Source of the DNA: Bacteroidia bacterium
GTDB taxonomy: Bacteria; Bacteroidota; Bacteroidia; J057; JADKCL01
Assembly: GCA_046329055.1 (NCBI GenBank)
Contig: JAXLVK010000013.1
Coordinates: forward strand, 17,959-81,958
DNA length: 64,000 nt
Direction of reading: 5' to 3'
Part shown: piece by piece, positions 63,525-64,000 of the stretch
Numbering within the stretch: position 1 is the stretch's first letter
Layout: the number at the start of each line of letters is the position of its first letter
Notes under the pieces: model-generated
Database searches by the model: none
Told to the model about the DNA's origin: nothing
Seen by the model: only the letters and a program-made list of their open reading frames with translations
Position numbers and translations under genes: made by a program

Positions 63525-64000
63525 TCAGGAAAACATCCTTTTGATCTTGCCGAAGAAGCCTGTCGGGGCTGCGACTTCTGGTTCGCGGTTGTTTTGGGCG
63601 ACGGGCTGTGGTTCTGCCTTCTTGGGCGGTACGTAGGGGACGTAGTTGGGGTCCCCGAATTCTGGCCCGGCCAATCTTGCGTCCCATTCTGCCCGGTCGA
63701 TGAAGCGGAGGTCCACCTTCTTGTGTCCAACCAATTTGCCTTCCGGCTTTTTCCAGGGATGGAATTTCATGTAAAACTCCCGGTCCACCTCGAGGATGCG
63801 CACGGTGTCGGGGCTTTCGCTGCGGTCGAGGTGGTAGTGGATGCTGGGTTGCCCCTTGGGGATCAAGATGAGCTGGATCGTCAGGCGCAGGCCGTCGGTG
63901 CGGTTGATGTTGCTGTAGTGGATGACGCTGTCATCGAGGACGACTGCGTCACCCGCCTTGGCGTCCATGGGCACGAGGTAGTCGCGGATGATGTCCTCCT
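63525..64000 (-). CDS. PhyH family dioxygenase, C-terminal part (gene continues beyond the right edge)
   Basis: The C-terminal half of the PhyH fold is present (PMDAKAGDAVVLDDSVIHYSNINRTD). The frame stays open to position 64000 (…EDIIRDYLV-PMDAK). The C-terminus is amphipathic: PTGFFGKIKRMFS. Confidence 0.75.
   Translation of the reverse strand, partial: EDIIRDYLVPMDAKAGDAVVLDDSVIHYSNINRTDGLRLTIQLILIPKGQPSIHYHLDRSESPDTVRILEVDREFYMKFHPWKKPEGKLVGHKKVDLRFIDRAEWDARLAGPEFGDPNYVPYVPPKKAEPQPVAQNNREPEVAAPTGFFGKIKRMFS

Noticed and set aside
1-64000. rRNA, tRNA, tmRNA, RNase P and prophage or integrase signatures
   Set aside because: I scanned the non-coding gaps by eye for T-loop (GGTTCGAATCC-like), RNase P (GAGGAAAGTCCGGGC) and tmRNA tag motifs and found none. 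No integrase, capsid or terminase-like ORFs are present. A proper tRNAscan-SE/Infernal run is still needed, because visual scanning is weak evidence of absence.

Overview
This looks like a chromosomal window from a Bacteroidota-type organism. I infer that from six proteins with T9SS C-terminal sorting domains, a PorP/SprF gene, and no obvious Shine-Dalgarno sites. GC is high by eye, and many long antisense ORFs in the track are compositional artefacts.

Layout:
- **0-10 kb:** a T9SS cargo / PorP-SprF / OmpA-like operon and a 1850-aa adhesin-like cargo protein.
- **10-19 kb:** a visibly lower-GC accessory islet. It holds a Type IIG restriction-modification enzyme transcriptionally coupled to a TIR-domain protein, two unknown proteins, and a ~600-bp array of a degenerate 22-bp tandem repeat.
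- **20-30 kb:** an FG-GAP protein and two large T9SS cargo proteins, one of them frameshifted inside its LamG domain.
- **30-37 kb:** PhyH-family dioxygenases (one single-domain, one tandem-domain), a membrane protein, and an AlgX/AlgJ-like plus MBOAT pair.
- **37-40 kb:** a frameshifted Panacea/SocA-type antitoxin with a RelE-like toxin, then a PhoD phosphatase.
- **40-49 kb (most interesting):** five tandem, partly translationally coupled paralogs of an uncharacterised membrane-anchored HEAT-repeat plus C4 zinc-ribbon protein. They converge on a two-gene operon encoding a zinc-ribbon Ras-like P-loop GTPase and a large GAP1-like partner. Both operon proteins end in a MinD-like amphipathic membrane-targeting helix.
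- **49-55 kb:** a decayed REP-associated tyrosine transposase flanked by inverted REP hairpin arrays, a heavily frameshifted caspase gene, and an intact YD-repeat caspase homolog lacking both catalytic residues.
- **55-64 kb:** three paralogous small beta-barrel proteins, a lipoprotein, an SBBP-repeat T9SS cargo protein, and more PhyH dioxygenases. One of these has an in-frame 78-bp tandem repeat in its interdomain linker.

I recognised no rRNA, tRNA or CRISPR array by eye. Coordinates derived by hand for repeats, hairpins and frameshift sites may be off by 1-2 nt. Coordinates derived from the ORF track are exact.
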